DNA of 64,000 bases from Anaeramoeba ignava BMAN (GCA_028826165.1 JAPDFW010000085.1:278679-342678); one strand, 5' to 3'. Positions 49,879 to 62,030 are shown, numbered from the stretch's first letter. Numbers and translations are program-made. Notes: a model not told the origin generated them from the letters alone.

Positions 49879-50448
49879 TCAATTCTTTTGAGACTCCATT
49901 AAAGATAATTCTAAAATTCTTTGAAATATTTCCTCTTCAGTTTCTTGATAATTGTTTTGTTGAGATTCTTCAAGAGAAATACGAATAGCTTCACGTAAAT
50001 TAGGGTCATTATCAAGAGAATCAATTTTCTTTAAATTTTGCTTTAAAGATTCAGTTTTTGGAGGATTTTGATTTTTTGGTTCATCTGGATTAACAGGATT
50101 GAATTGATTAGGTTGATTCAAATGATTAGATTGATTTGGAGTTTCAGGTTGAGAACGAATTGCATCCAATAAAACCTCTTTATTTTTTCGATATTCTTCA
50201 CATTTCTTTTTCATTGATTTATCAGGAACTAATTTGTAATTTGTAAATCTTTTTCCAGTTAGTGGGCTTTCTACTTCTTTGTAATTGTGCTTTTTGAACC
50301 AAGCTTCAATCCACACTTTTTCATATGTATGTCCATCACTTGCTTTTACTGGATTTTTGAAAATATCAAATCCAATCGGACAACATAATTCTTCGGGATC
50401 TCGTATAAGATGCTCATCATTTTCAAAATCATTTGTGGATGTACTCAT
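49879..50448 (-). CDS. U-box protein with two C-terminal UIM-like motifs
   Basis: P.EL.CPI..DIF..PV.ASDGHTYE...IE.W...SPLT (U-box). DPNLREAIRISLEE and EEEIFQRILELSLME (UIM pattern). Confidence 0.85.
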   Translation of the reverse strand: MSTSTNDFENDEHLIRDPEELCCPIGFDIFKNPVKASDGHTYEKVWIEAWFKKHNYKEVESPLTGKRFTNYKLVPDKSMKKKCEEYRKNKEVLLDAIRSQPETPNQSNHLNQPNQFNPVNPDEPKNQNPPKTESLKQNLKKIDSLDNDPNLREAIRISLEESQQNNYQETEEEIFQRILELSLMESQKN

Positions 50449-50548
50449 TTTTAAAAATGAAAAAAAATGAAAAAAATTTTTTAGTTTTTTTTTTTAATTA
50501 ATTTTTTTTTTCATTTTTTTCATTTTTTTCATTTTTTTCTTTTTAAAA

Positions 50549-52321
50549 ATGAATGATTGTTTATTTTTTGGAAGAAATAAAATTGCAATTCTTTTCAAAA
50601 ATGAACCAGAAAAAATAACAAAACCAATTCAATTTAAATTTGAAAATGAAAATGAAAATGAAAATGAAAAACAAATTAAACAAATTTCATCAAGTTATTT
50701 TGGAACATTTTTCCTTTTTGAAAATGGAAAAGCAATAGAATATTTAACCGAAAAATATTCAAAACAAAATCCTCAAAAAATCCAAATTGAAGAAAATATT
50801 CAAAAAATATCTGCTGGTGGTGATAATATAGCTATTTTAACAAAAGAAGGAAATGTATTTGCAAAAGGAAAAGATATTAATCAAAAAAATCCAAATGAAT
50901 TTATCAATATTTCATCATTAATTGAAGATACAAATGATAGAATAATTCAAGATATAGTTTGTTCAAGAAATTCAATTTACTTATTAACTTCAAATCAAAA
51001 TGCTTATGGAATTGGTGATAATGAAGATGGTCAACTTGGTTTTGATTCTAAAACACTTAAAAAAACAGAAAAACCAATTTTAATGATGAAAAATGTTTCT
51101 AAAATATTTTCAGGAAATACTTCTTATCATCTTTTTCTTTTAAATTTAAATCAAGAATTATTTGGATGCGGATATAATTTTCACAGTAAACTTGGATTAA
51201 GAGAATCAAGAAAAGAAGAAAAAAAAATCAAAAAATTAACCAAAATCCAAAATATTCCAAAAGGCAAAATAATTGATATTCAATCTGGATTTAGTTTTTC
51301 AATAATGTTGATTGAAGATGAAAATGAAAATTCAAAAAGAAAACTTTATTCATGTGGAAGATATAGATTTAATGGACTTGGCAAAAGTGAAGATACTTAT
51401 GAATTTACTGAAATCAAATCATCTTTATTTAAAAATGATAATATTATTGATTTTTCTGTTGGAAATGCTCATACTTTGATTTTAACTTCTAATTCAAAAT
51501 TGATTGTATTTGGAAATAATTCTTATGGTCAATTAGGAACTGGAGATAGAAATAATCAACCAATTCCAATTCAAATTAAACTTCCTAAATTAAGATTTAA
51601 TGAAAATATTTCTAATTATCATCTTTCTTGTGAAAATGAAAAATCATTTATTTATTATTCTCCTTTTTCTTTTTCTAATCTTGAAGAAGATTTGATAAAA
51701 TTATTTAGAAGAAAAGAATTTTGTGATATTTCATTTAAAACAGAAAATGGAGAAATAATCGAAGCTCATAAATTAATATTAAAATATAGATTAAATCAAA
51801 ATCAAAATGAAATTGAAAAACTTCAAGAAATTATTTCAAAAAAATCAATTAAAGAATCAAATCAAATATTTGAAATGATTTATTCAAATAATTCCAAAAT
51901 AAATCCAAAATTATATTCTGAAATTAAAGAAATTATAAATTTAAATGAAAAAATTGAAGAAACAATTAAAAGAATTTATTTAAATGAAAATGAAAATGAA
52001 AAAGATTTTATAATTGAAAGAAAAGAAAAACAATATAGATTTCCTAAATTAATATTAATAATGAGAAGTGAATTATATCGAGGAATGTTTTTATCTGTAA
52101 CTGAAGATAAATCTAATAAAGTTACAGATTATAGTGAATTAAGTAATAAATCATTTCAAATATTTGAATATTGGATTTATTCAAATCAAATTAAAGAAGG
52201 AATTCAAATTACACAAGAAATAATTGATGAGATTGAAATTGGAATTGATTATTTTCAATTAAATCAAACAAATCCAAATTTATTTGATTTATTAATTAAA
52301 AAATTTAATAATCAAAATTAA
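50549..52321 (+). CDS. RCC1-like propeller + BTB protein, copy 3 (intact)
   Basis: Uninterrupted 590-aa ORF with RCC1 and BTB motifs. Confidence 0.92.
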   Translation: MNDCLFFGRNKIAILFKNEPEKITKPIQFKFENENENENEKQIKQISSSYFGTFFLFENGKAIEYLTEKYSKQNPQKIQIEENIQKISAGGDNIAILTKEGNVFAKGKDINQKNPNEFINISSLIEDTNDRIIQDIVCSRNSIYLLTSNQNAYGIGDNEDGQLGFDSKTLKKTEKPILMMKNVSKIFSGNTSYHLFLLNLNQELFGCGYNFHSKLGLRESRKEEKKIKKLTKIQNIPKGKIIDIQSGFSFSIMLIEDENENSKRKLYSCGRYRFNGLGKSEDTYEFTEIKSSLFKNDNIIDFSVGNAHTLILTSNSKLIVFGNNSYGQLGTGDRNNQPIPIQIKLPKLRFNENISNYHLSCENEKSFIYYSPFSFSNLEEDLIKLFRRKEFCDISFKTENGEIIEAHKLILKYRLNQNQNEIEKLQEIISKKSIKESNQIFEMIYSNNSKINPKLYSEIKEIINLNEKIEETIKRIYLNENENEKDFIIERKEKQYRFPKLILIMRSELYRGMFLSVTEDKSNKVTDYSELSNKSFQIFEYWIYSNQIKEGIQITQEIIDEIEIGIDYFQLNQTNPNLFDLLIKKFNNQN

Positions 52322-52699
52322 AATTAAAATTAAAATTAAAATTAAAAAAAAATTAAAAATTAAAATTAAAATTAAAATTTAAAATTAAAATTAAAATTTT
52401 TAAAATCAAAATTCAAATGAAAAATTATTTTCAAAAATTAAAAAAAATTAAATTAAAATGAAAAGTTAAAATAACAAATTAAAATTAAAATTAAAATGAA
52501 AATTAAAATTAAAAATTAAAATTAAAATTAAAATTAAAATTAAAGGAAAAATTGGAAAATTAAAATTAAAATTAAAATCAAAATTAAAATCAAGATTCAA
52601 ATTAAAATCAAAATCAAAATTAAAATTAAAGAAAAAATTAAAAATATCTGTAAAAATTAAAAATCCAAAAATTTTTAAAAAGAAGGAATTTTTAATTAA

Positions 52700-53987
52700 A
52701 TGGAAAATTATTCAAATTTAAAAGAATTTAAATGATTTTAAAAATTTATTTGAAAATCAAAAGAAGAAGAAAATTATTTTTGATTTTGGATATAATTCAA
52801 TTTGTGATTAAAATCAAACTTCATTTATGTTTATAAAATTCTTTCAAAAGAATCAATATTTTAAATCTCTTTTTGATTCCAAAATGAAAGAATATCAAAA
52901 AAATTTTAATTCTAAAAGATGTTTCAATTTCAATATTTCTTCAATTTTGAATTATTTTTATTAAGGAAAAATTGAAATTATAGAAAAATGGATATGAAAT
53001 TTTTGGTTTTTCATCAAGATATTTAATTGATGAATTAACTGAAAATAATTTTATTAAAAAGAATTTTAATTGAAATTCAATGTTGATTTTTCATTAAATT
53101 ATTGAAAATTAAAATCAAAAATTAACAGAAAACTTATTTGTTATCAATTTATTTGGCTTTAATTTTGGACAAATCAATTGATCAAAACAAAATTTTTCTT
53201 GAACTTGAAGAAAAAATCATTTAAATTCAATTTTATCAAATGATGAAATTCCAACGAATGAATTTGAAATTTTCCAAAAATTAATACAATGGGGAAAACA
53301 TAAATTAAATATTAATCAAGAAAAACAAAACCGAAAACTTGAAAAAGAAGAAAAAGAAAAATTACAAAATCAAATTTCAAATCTTATTCATAAAATCAGA
53401 TTTACGGACTTCTCAACAAAAGAAATTGCAAAAGAACTTTGAAAGAAGATATAATTCCAAATCAAATTTCACAAAAATTGAATGAATTATTAATCCTGAT
53501 CAATCAGGAAGATGAAAAAGAATTGGAGGAATTTATTCACAAAGAAAAAGAAAAAGAAAAAGAAAATTCATTCATTTTCCAAACAAGATTCAACTTCAAA
53601 TTACATTCATCTATCATCAAAGAAAAAGAACATATCCAAAAATTAAAAGAATGGATTAATGATGATGAATTCTTTTACAAAATGAAAAGAGGATTTTCAG
53701 CAAAAAGAGATGGATTTGATTGCCAAAAATGGCACGATGAAGTTGATGATAAAGGAAAAACACTAATTGTTATCAAAACTGAAGATAATTTTGTCTTTGG
53801 AGGATTTACTCAAATTGGATTAAGTTGGGGAGTGTATGGATATATTCAAGATCCAAATGCGTTTCTATTTTCATTAAGAAATAATCATAATGATCGACTA
53901 CCTGAGAAATTTCCAATTAAACCAAGAAAAGCAAAAGATGCTCTTTTAAATCATTCGCTTAATGGTCCAAATTTTTTGATTTATTAA
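52700..53987 (+). pseudogene. Fragmented BTB-BACK-TLDc gene (pseudogene or poor consensus)
   Basis: Remnants YFKSLFDSKMKE (BTB) and NEFEIFQKLIQW, KIRF (BACK). TLDc FSAKRDGF....WH..VD.KGKTLIVIKT.DNFVFGGFT. Many stops and indels upstream of 53220. Confidence 0.7.
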
Positions 53988-54113
53988 TTTAAAATTTTAA
54001 TCAAAAAATTAAAAATCAAAATTCAAAAAATTGGGAAAAACTTGAAAATTAAAAAAAGGAATTAAAAAAAATCAAAAGCAAAAAAAAATTTATTTTTCAT
54101 TTTTCTTTTAAAA

Positions 54114-55942
54114 ATGAATGACTGTTTATTTTTTGCCGAAATCCTTTTAAAAAAAAACCAAAATTTCAAAAACCAATTCAATTTAAATTTGAAAATGAAA
54201 ATGAAAATAAAATGAAAATTTTTTCAAAACAAACCAGAAACAAATTTCATCATCAAAAATAAAAATGAAAAATGAAAATGAAATTTCCAAAAATTCAATT
54301 AAATGAATTTGAAAATGACATTGAAATGAAAATTGAAAAATGAAAACAAAAAACAAATTTTCAAATCAAAATCCTTTTGAAAAATCAATACAAATTGAAG
54401 AAAATATTCAAAAAATAACTGCTGGTGGTGATAATATAGCTATTTTAACAATAGAAGGAAATGTATTTGCCAAAGGAATAGATATTAATCTAAAAAATCC
54501 AAATGAATTTATCAATATTTCATCATTAATTGAAGATACAAATGATAGAATAATTCAAGATATTGTTTGTTCAAGAAATTCAATTTACTTATTAACTTCA
54601 AATCAAAATGTTTATGGAATTGGTTCAAATGAATATGGTCAACTTGGTTTTGATTCTAAAACACTTAAAAAAACAGAAAAACCAATTTTAATGATGAAAA
54701 ATGTTTCTAAAATATTTTCAGGAAATACTTCAAAACATGTTTTTCTTTTAAATTCAAATCAAGAATTATTTGGATGCGGATATAATTTTCACAGTAAACT
54801 TGGATTAGGAAAATCAAGAAAAGAAGAAACAAGAATCCAAAAATTAACACAAATCCAAAATATTCCAAAAGGAAAAATAATTGATATTCAATGTGGATTT
54901 TCATTCAATAATGTTGATTGAAAATGAAAATGAAAATGAAAATCCAAAAAGAAAACTTTATTCATGTGGAGATTATCGATATAATGGACTTGGGAACAAT
55001 AGACATATAAGAGAATTTACTGAAATCAAATCATTTTTATTTGAAAATGATGATAATATTCTTGATTTTTCTGTTGGTAATACACATACTTTGATTTTAA
55101 CTTCAAATTCAAAATTAATTGGATTTGGAAGTAATTATTATGGTCAATTAGGAACTGGAAATACAAATAGTAAATTAATTCCAATTCAAATTGAACTTCC
55201 TAAATTAAGATTTAATGAAAATATTTCTAATTATCATATTTTTTGTGGATATCACAGATCATTTCTTTATTATTCTCCTCTTCCTTTTTCTAATCTTGAA
55301 GAAGATTTGATAAAATTATTTCAAAGAAAAGAATTTTGTAATATTTCATTTAAAACAGAAAATGGAGAAATAATTGAAGCTCATAAATTAATATTAAAAT
55401 ATAGATTAAATCAAAATCAAAATCAAAATGAAATTGAAAAACTTCAAGAAATTATTTCAAAAAAATCAATTAAAGAATCAAATCAAATATTTGAAATGAT
55501 TTATTCAAACAATTCCAAAATAAATCCAAAATTATATTCTGAAATTAAAGAAATTATAAATTCAAATGAAAAAATAGAAGAAACAATGAAAAGAATTTAT
55601 TTAAATGAAAATGAAAATGAAAAAGATTTTATAATTGAAAGAAAAGAAAAACAATATAAATTTCCAAAATTAATATTAATAATGAGAAGTGAATTATATC
55701 GAGGAATGTTTTTATCTGTAACAAATGATAAATCTAATAAAGTTACAGATTATAGTGAATTAAGTAATAAATCATTTCAAATATTTGAATATTGGATTTA
55801 TTCAAATCAAATTAAAGATGAAATTCAAATTACACAAGAAATAATTAATGAAATTCAAATTGGAATTGATTATTTTCAATTAAATCAAACAAATCCAAAT
55901 TTATTTGATTTATTAATTAATAAATTTAATAATCAAAATTAA
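54114..55942 (+). CDS. RCC1-BTB copy 4 (5' region garbled; frameshift near 54900)
   Basis: MNDCLFF start at 54114. ORFs 54340-54921 and 54881-55942 are collinear with the intact copies. Confidence 0.8.
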
Positions 55943-56240
55943 AATTAAAATTAAAATTAAAATTAAAATTAAAATTAAAATCAAAATTAAAATTAAAATT
56001 AAAATTAAAATTAAAATTAAAATTAAAAAAATCAAAATTAATATTAAAATTAAAAATTAAAATTAAAATTAAAATTAAAATTAAAATTAAAATTAAAATT
56101 AAAATTAAAATTAAAATCAAAATCAAAATTAAAATCAAAATTAAAATTAAAATTAAAATTAAAATTAAAATTAAAATCAAAATCAAAATTCAAAAATTAA
56201 AATTAAAAATCATTTTTTTTCATTTTTTTACTTTTCAAAA

Positions 56241-58010
56241 ATGAATGATTGTTTATTTTTTGGTTTTGATTCATATCCAACTCTTTTCAAAAATAAACCA
56301 AATGAAATAACAAAACCAATTCAATTTAAATTTGAAAATGAAAATGAAAATGAAAATGAAAAACAAATTAAACAAATTTCAACAGGAAATTATTCAACAA
56401 TTTTCCTTTTTGAAAATGGAAAAGCAATAGAATATTTAAGTGAAAGAATTTCAAAACAAAATCCTAAAGAAATTCAAATTGAAAATATTCAAAAAGTAAC
56501 TGTTGGTTTTCAAAACGAAGCTATTTTAACAAAAGAAGGAAATGTATTTTCTAAAGGATATGCTGTTAATCCACAAAATCGAAATGAATTTATCAATATT
56601 TCACCATTAATTGAAGATAAAAATGATAGAATAATTCAAGATATTGTTTGCGGATTTAATTCAGTTTACTTATTAACTTCAAATAAAAATGCTTACGGAA
56701 TTGGTGATAATTATAATGGTCAACTTGGTTTTGATTCTAAAACACTTAAAAAAACAGAAAAACCAATTTTAATGATGAAAAATGTTTCTAAAATATTTTC
56801 AGGAAATATTTCAAAAAATGTTTTTCTTTTAAATTCAAATCAAGAATTATTTGGATGCGGATATAATGATTATGGTCAACTTGGATTAGGAGAATCAATA
56901 GAAGGAGAAACCAAAAAATTAACCAAAATCCAAAATATTCCAAAAGGTAAAATAATTGATATTCAATGTGGATATGCTCATTCAATAATGTTGATTGAAA
57001 ATGAAAATGAAAATGAAAATGAAAATCCAAAAAGAAAATTTTATTCATGTGGAGATTATCGATATAGTGGAATAAAAAGTAGTCACTATATAAGAGAATT
57101 TACTGAAATCAAATCATCTTTATTCGAAAATGATAATATTCTTGATTTTTCTGTTGGTAATACACATACTTTGATTTTAACTTCCAATTCAAAATTAATT
57201 GGATTTGGAAGTAATTATTATGGTCAATTAGGAACTGGAAATACAAGAGGAGAACACTCAATTCCAATTCAAATTGAACTTTCTAAATTAAGATTTAATG
57301 AAAATATTTCTAATTATCATATTTCTTGTGGATATGACAGATCATTTCTTTATTATTCTCCTCTTCCTTTTTCTAATCTTGAAGAAGATTTGATAAAATT
57401 ATTTAGAAGAAAAGAATTTTGTGATATTTCATTTAAAACAGAAAATGGTTCAATAATTGAAGCTCATAAATTAATATTGAAATATAGATTAAATCAAAAT
57501 CAAAATCAAATTGAAAAACTTCAAGAAATTATTTCAAAAAAATCAATTAAAGAATCAAATCAAATATTTGAAATGATTTATTCAAACAGAATAATAAATC
57601 CAAAATTATATTCTGAAATTAAAGAAATTATAAATTTAAATGAAAAAATTGAAGAAACAATGAAAAGAATTTATTTAAATGAAAATGAAAAAGATTTTAT
57701 TATTGAAAGAAAAGAAAAACAATATAAATTTCCTAAACTAATATTAATAATGAGAAGTGAATTATATCGAGGAATGTTTTTATCTGTAACAAATGATACT
57801 TCCAATAAAGTTACAGATTATAGTGAATTAAGTAATAAATCATTTCAAATATTTGAATATTGGATTTATTCAAATCAAATTAAAGATGAAATTCAAATTA
57901 CACAAGAAATTATTCAAGAATTAAAAAGAGGAATTGATTATTTTCAATTAAATCAAACAAATCCAAATTTAATTGATTTATTAATTAACAAATTTAATAA
58001 TCAAAATTAA
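56241..58010 (+). CDS. RCC1-BTB copy 5 (intact)
   Basis: Uninterrupted 589-aa ORF. Confidence 0.92.
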   Translation: MNDCLFFGFDSYPTLFKNKPNEITKPIQFKFENENENENEKQIKQISTGNYSTIFLFENGKAIEYLSERISKQNPKEIQIENIQKVTVGFQNEAILTKEGNVFSKGYAVNPQNRNEFINISPLIEDKNDRIIQDIVCGFNSVYLLTSNKNAYGIGDNYNGQLGFDSKTLKKTEKPILMMKNVSKIFSGNISKNVFLLNSNQELFGCGYNDYGQLGLGESIEGETKKLTKIQNIPKGKIIDIQCGYAHSIMLIENENENENENPKRKFYSCGDYRYSGIKSSHYIREFTEIKSSLFENDNILDFSVGNTHTLILTSNSKLIGFGSNYYGQLGTGNTRGEHSIPIQIELSKLRFNENISNYHISCGYDRSFLYYSPLPFSNLEEDLIKLFRRKEFCDISFKTENGSIIEAHKLILKYRLNQNQNQIEKLQEIISKKSIKESNQIFEMIYSNRIINPKLYSEIKEIINLNEKIEETMKRIYLNENEKDFIIERKEKQYKFPKLILIMRSELYRGMFLSVTNDTSNKVTDYSELSNKSFQIFEYWIYSNQIKDEIQITQEIIQELKRGIDYFQLNQTNPNLIDLLINKFNNQN

Positions 58011-58212
58011 AATTAAAATTAAAATTAAAATTAAAATTAAAATTAAAATTAAAATTAAAATTAAAATTAAAATCAAAATTAAAATCAAAATTAAAATTAA
58101 AATCAAAATCAAATTTAAAACTAAAATTAAAATTAAAATTAAAATCAAAATCAAAATCAAATTTAAAATTAAAAATTCAAAAATCATTTTTTCATTTTTT
58201 TTCTTTTTAAAA

Positions 58213-59981
58213 ATGAATGATTGCTTATTTTTTGGTTTAAATCAATATCCAAAACTTTTCAAAAATAAACCAAATGAGATAACAAAACCAATTCAATTTA
58301 AATTTGAAAATGAAAATGAAAATGAAAAACAAATTAAGCAAATTTCAACAAGTTATTCTGGAGCAATTTTCCTTTTTAAAAATGGAAAAGCAATAGAATA
58401 TTTAAATGAAAATGATTCAAAACAAAAACCTGAAAAAATTCAAATTGAAAATATTCAAAAAGTAACTGTTAGTTATCAAAATAAAGCTATTTTAACAAAA
58501 GAAGGAAATGTATTTGCCAAAGGAAGAAATATTAATCCAAATAACCGAAAAGAATTTATCAACATTTCATCATTAATTGAAGATAAAAATGATAGAATAA
58601 TTGAAGATATTGGTTGTTCTGCTCAATCAATTTACTTATTAACTTCAAATCAAAATGCTTATGGAATTGGTTCAAATGGAAATTGTCAACTTGGTTTTGA
58701 TTCTAAAACACTTAATAAAACAGAAAAACCAATTTTAATGATGAAAAATGTTTCTAAAATATTTTCAGGAAATATTTCAAAAATGTTTTTCTTTTAAATT
58801 CAAATCAAGAATTATTTGGATGCGGATATAATTATTATGGTCAACTTGGATTAGGAGAATCAAGAAGAAATGAAATAAAAATCCAAAAATTAACCAAAAT
58901 CCAAAATATTTCAAAAGGTAAAATAATTGATATTCAATGTGGAGTTTATCATTCAATAATGTTGATTGAAAATGAAGATGAAAATCCAAAAAGAAAACTT
59001 TATTCATGTGGAGATTATTCATATAACGGACTTGGAACAAATAGTCGAGAATTTACTGAAATCAAATCATCTTTATTTAAAAATGATGATATTATTCTTG
59101 ATTTTTCTATTGGAGATACACATACTTTGATTTTAATTTCCAATTCAAAATTAATTGGATTTGGAAGTAATTATTATGGTCAATTAGGAACTGGAAATAC
59201 AAATGATAAATCAATTCCATTTCAAATTGAACTTCCTAAATTAAGATTTAAAGAAGATATTTCTAATTATCATATTTCTTGTGGATATAACAAATCATTT
59301 CTTTATTATTCTCCTTCTTCTTTTTCCAATCTTGAAGAAGATTTGATAAAATTATTTAGAAGAAAAGAATTTTGTGATATTTCATTTAAAACCGAAAATG
59401 GAGAAATAATTGAAGCTCATAAATTAATATTGAAATATAGATTAAATCAAAATCAAAATGAAAATCAAATTGAAAAACTTCAAGAAATTATTTCAAATAA
59501 ATCAATTAAAGAATCAAATCAAATATTTGAAATGATTTATTCAAACAGAATAATAAATCCAAAATTATATTCTGAAATTAAAGAAATTATAAATTTAAAT
59601 GAAAAAATTGAAGAAACAATGAAAAGAATTTATTTAAATGAAAATGAAAATGAAAAATATTTTATAATTGAAAGAAAAGAAAAACAATATAAATTCCATA
59701 AATTAATATTAATAATGAGAAGTGAATTATATCGAGGAATGTTTTTATCTGTTACAAATGATACTTCTAATAAAGTTACAGATTATAGTGAATTAAGTAA
59801 TAAATCATTTCAAATATTTGAATATTGGATTTATTCAAATCAAGTTAAAGATGGAATTCAAATTACAAAAGAAATAATTAATGAATTAGAAATTGGAATT
59901 GATTATTTTCAATTAAATCAAACAAATCCAAATTTATTTGATTTATTAATTAGGAAATTTAATAATCAAAATCAAAATTAA
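58213..59981 (+). CDS. RCC1-BTB copy 6 (1-nt deletion in A-run near 58780)
   Basis: ORFs 58213-58797 and 58959-59981. TCAAAAATG here versus TCAAAAAATG in copy 5. Confidence 0.85.
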
Positions 59982-60270
59982 AATCAAAATTAAAATTAAA
60001 ATTAAAATTAAAATTAAAATTAAAATTAAAATTTAAAATTAAAATCAAATTTAAAATTAAAATAAAAATTAAAATTAAAATTAAAATTAAAATTAAAATT
60101 AAAATTAAAATTAAAATTAAAATTAAAATTAAAATTAAAATTAAAATTAAAATTAAAATTAAAATTAAAATTAAAATTAAAATTAAAAATTAAAATTAAA
60201 ATTAAAAATCAAAATTCAAATTAAAATTAAAATTCAAAAATCATTTTTTTCATTTTTTTTCTTTTCAAAA

Positions 60271-62030
60271 ATGAATGATTGTTTATTTTTTGGTTTTGAT
60301 TCATATCCAACTCTTTTCAAAAATAAACCAAATGAAATAACAAAACCAATTCAATTTAAATTTGAAAATGAAAATGAAAATGAAAATGAAAATGAAAATG
60401 AAAAACAAATTAAACAAATTTCAACAGGAAATTATTCAACAATTTTCCTTTTTGAAAATGGAAAAGCAATAGAATATTTAAGTGAAAGAATTTCAAAACA
60501 AAATCCTAAAAAAATTCAAATTAAAGAAAATATTCAAAAAGTAACTGTTGGTTTTCAAAATGAAGCTATTTTAACAATAGAAGGAAATGTATTTTCTAAA
60601 GGATATGCTGTTAATCCACAAAATCGAAATGAATTTATCAATATTTCACCATTAATTGAAGATACAAATGATAGAATAATTCAAGATATTGTTTGCGGAT
60701 TTAATTCAATTTACTTATTAACTTCAAATCAAAATGTTTATGGAATTGGTTCAAATAATTATGGACAACTTGGTTTTGATTCTAAAACACTTAAAAAAAC
60801 AGAAAAACCAATTTTAATGATGAAAAATGTTTCTAAAATATTTTCAGGAAATATTTCAAAAAATGTTTTTCTTTTAAATTTAAATCAAGAACTATTTGTA
60901 TGCGGATTTAATGATTCTGGTCAACTTGGATTAGGAGAATCAATAGAAGGAGAAACCAAAAAATTAACCAAAATCCAAAATATTCCAAAAGGTAAAATAA
61001 TTGATATTCAATGTGGATATGCTCATTCAATAATGTTGATTGAAAATGAAAATGAAGATGAAAATCCAAAAAGAAAACTTTATTCATGTGGAGATTATCG
61101 ATATAGTGGAATAAAAAGTAGTCACTATATAAGAGAATTTACTGAAATCAAATCATCTTTATTTGAAAATGATGATAATATTCTTGATTTTTCTGTTGGT
61201 AATACACATACTTTGATTTTAACTTCCAATTCAAAATTAATTGGATTTGGAAGTAATTATTTTGGTCAATTAGGAACTGGAAATACAAGAGGAGAACACT
61301 CAATTCCAATTCAAATTGAACTTCCTAAATTAAGATTTAATGAAAATATTTCTAATTATCATATTTCTTGTGGATATGACAGATCATTTCTTTATTATTC
61401 TCCTTCTTTTTCCAATCTTGAAGAAGATTTGATAAAATTATTTAGAAGAAAAGAATTTTGTGATATTTCATTTAAAACCAAAAATGGAGAAATAATCAAA
61501 GCTCATAAATTAATATTGAAATATAGATTAAATCAAAATGAAAATGAAAATCAAATTGAAAAACTTGAAGAAATTATTTCAAAAAATCAATTAAAGAATC
61601 AAATCAAATATTTGAAATGATTTATTCAAACAATTCCAAAATAAATCCAAAATTATATTTTGAAATTAAAGAAATTATAAATTTAAATGAAAAAATTGAA
61701 GAAACAATGAAAAGAATTTATTTAAATGAAAATGAAAAAGATTTTATTATTGAAAGAAAAGAAAAACAATATAAATTTCCCAAATTAATATTAATAATGA
61801 GAAGTGAATTATATCGAGGAATGTTTTTATCTGTAACAAAATGATACTTCACAAATAAAGTTACAGATTAGTGAATTAAGTAATAAATCATTTCAAATAT
61901 TAGAATATTGGATTTATTCAAATCAAATTAAAGATGAAATTCAAATTACACAAGAAATTAAATTGATGAAATTAAATTGAATTGATTATTTTCAATTAAA
62001 TCAAACAAATCCAAAATTTATTAATTAAAA
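60271..62030 (+). CDS. RCC1-BTB copy 7 (close duplicate of copy 5; frameshifts from about 61585)
   Basis: Same variable loops as copy 5 (FDSYPTL, GFQNE, CGFNS, GYAHS). 3' end has several indels. Confidence 0.8.

Noticed and set aside
1461-58187. Many ORF-track entries of IL/FN/KI/YK/KLLL/KLFI repeats
   Set aside because: They are translations of introns, spacers or antisense frames of microsatellites, and flanking GT-AG splicing explains the real genes.
1320-61600. Programmed frameshifting or phase variation in RCC1-BTB copies
   Set aside because: Breaks occur at different positions in each copy, mostly in A/T runs, which is typical of long-read consensus error or decay. It cannot be supported without reads.
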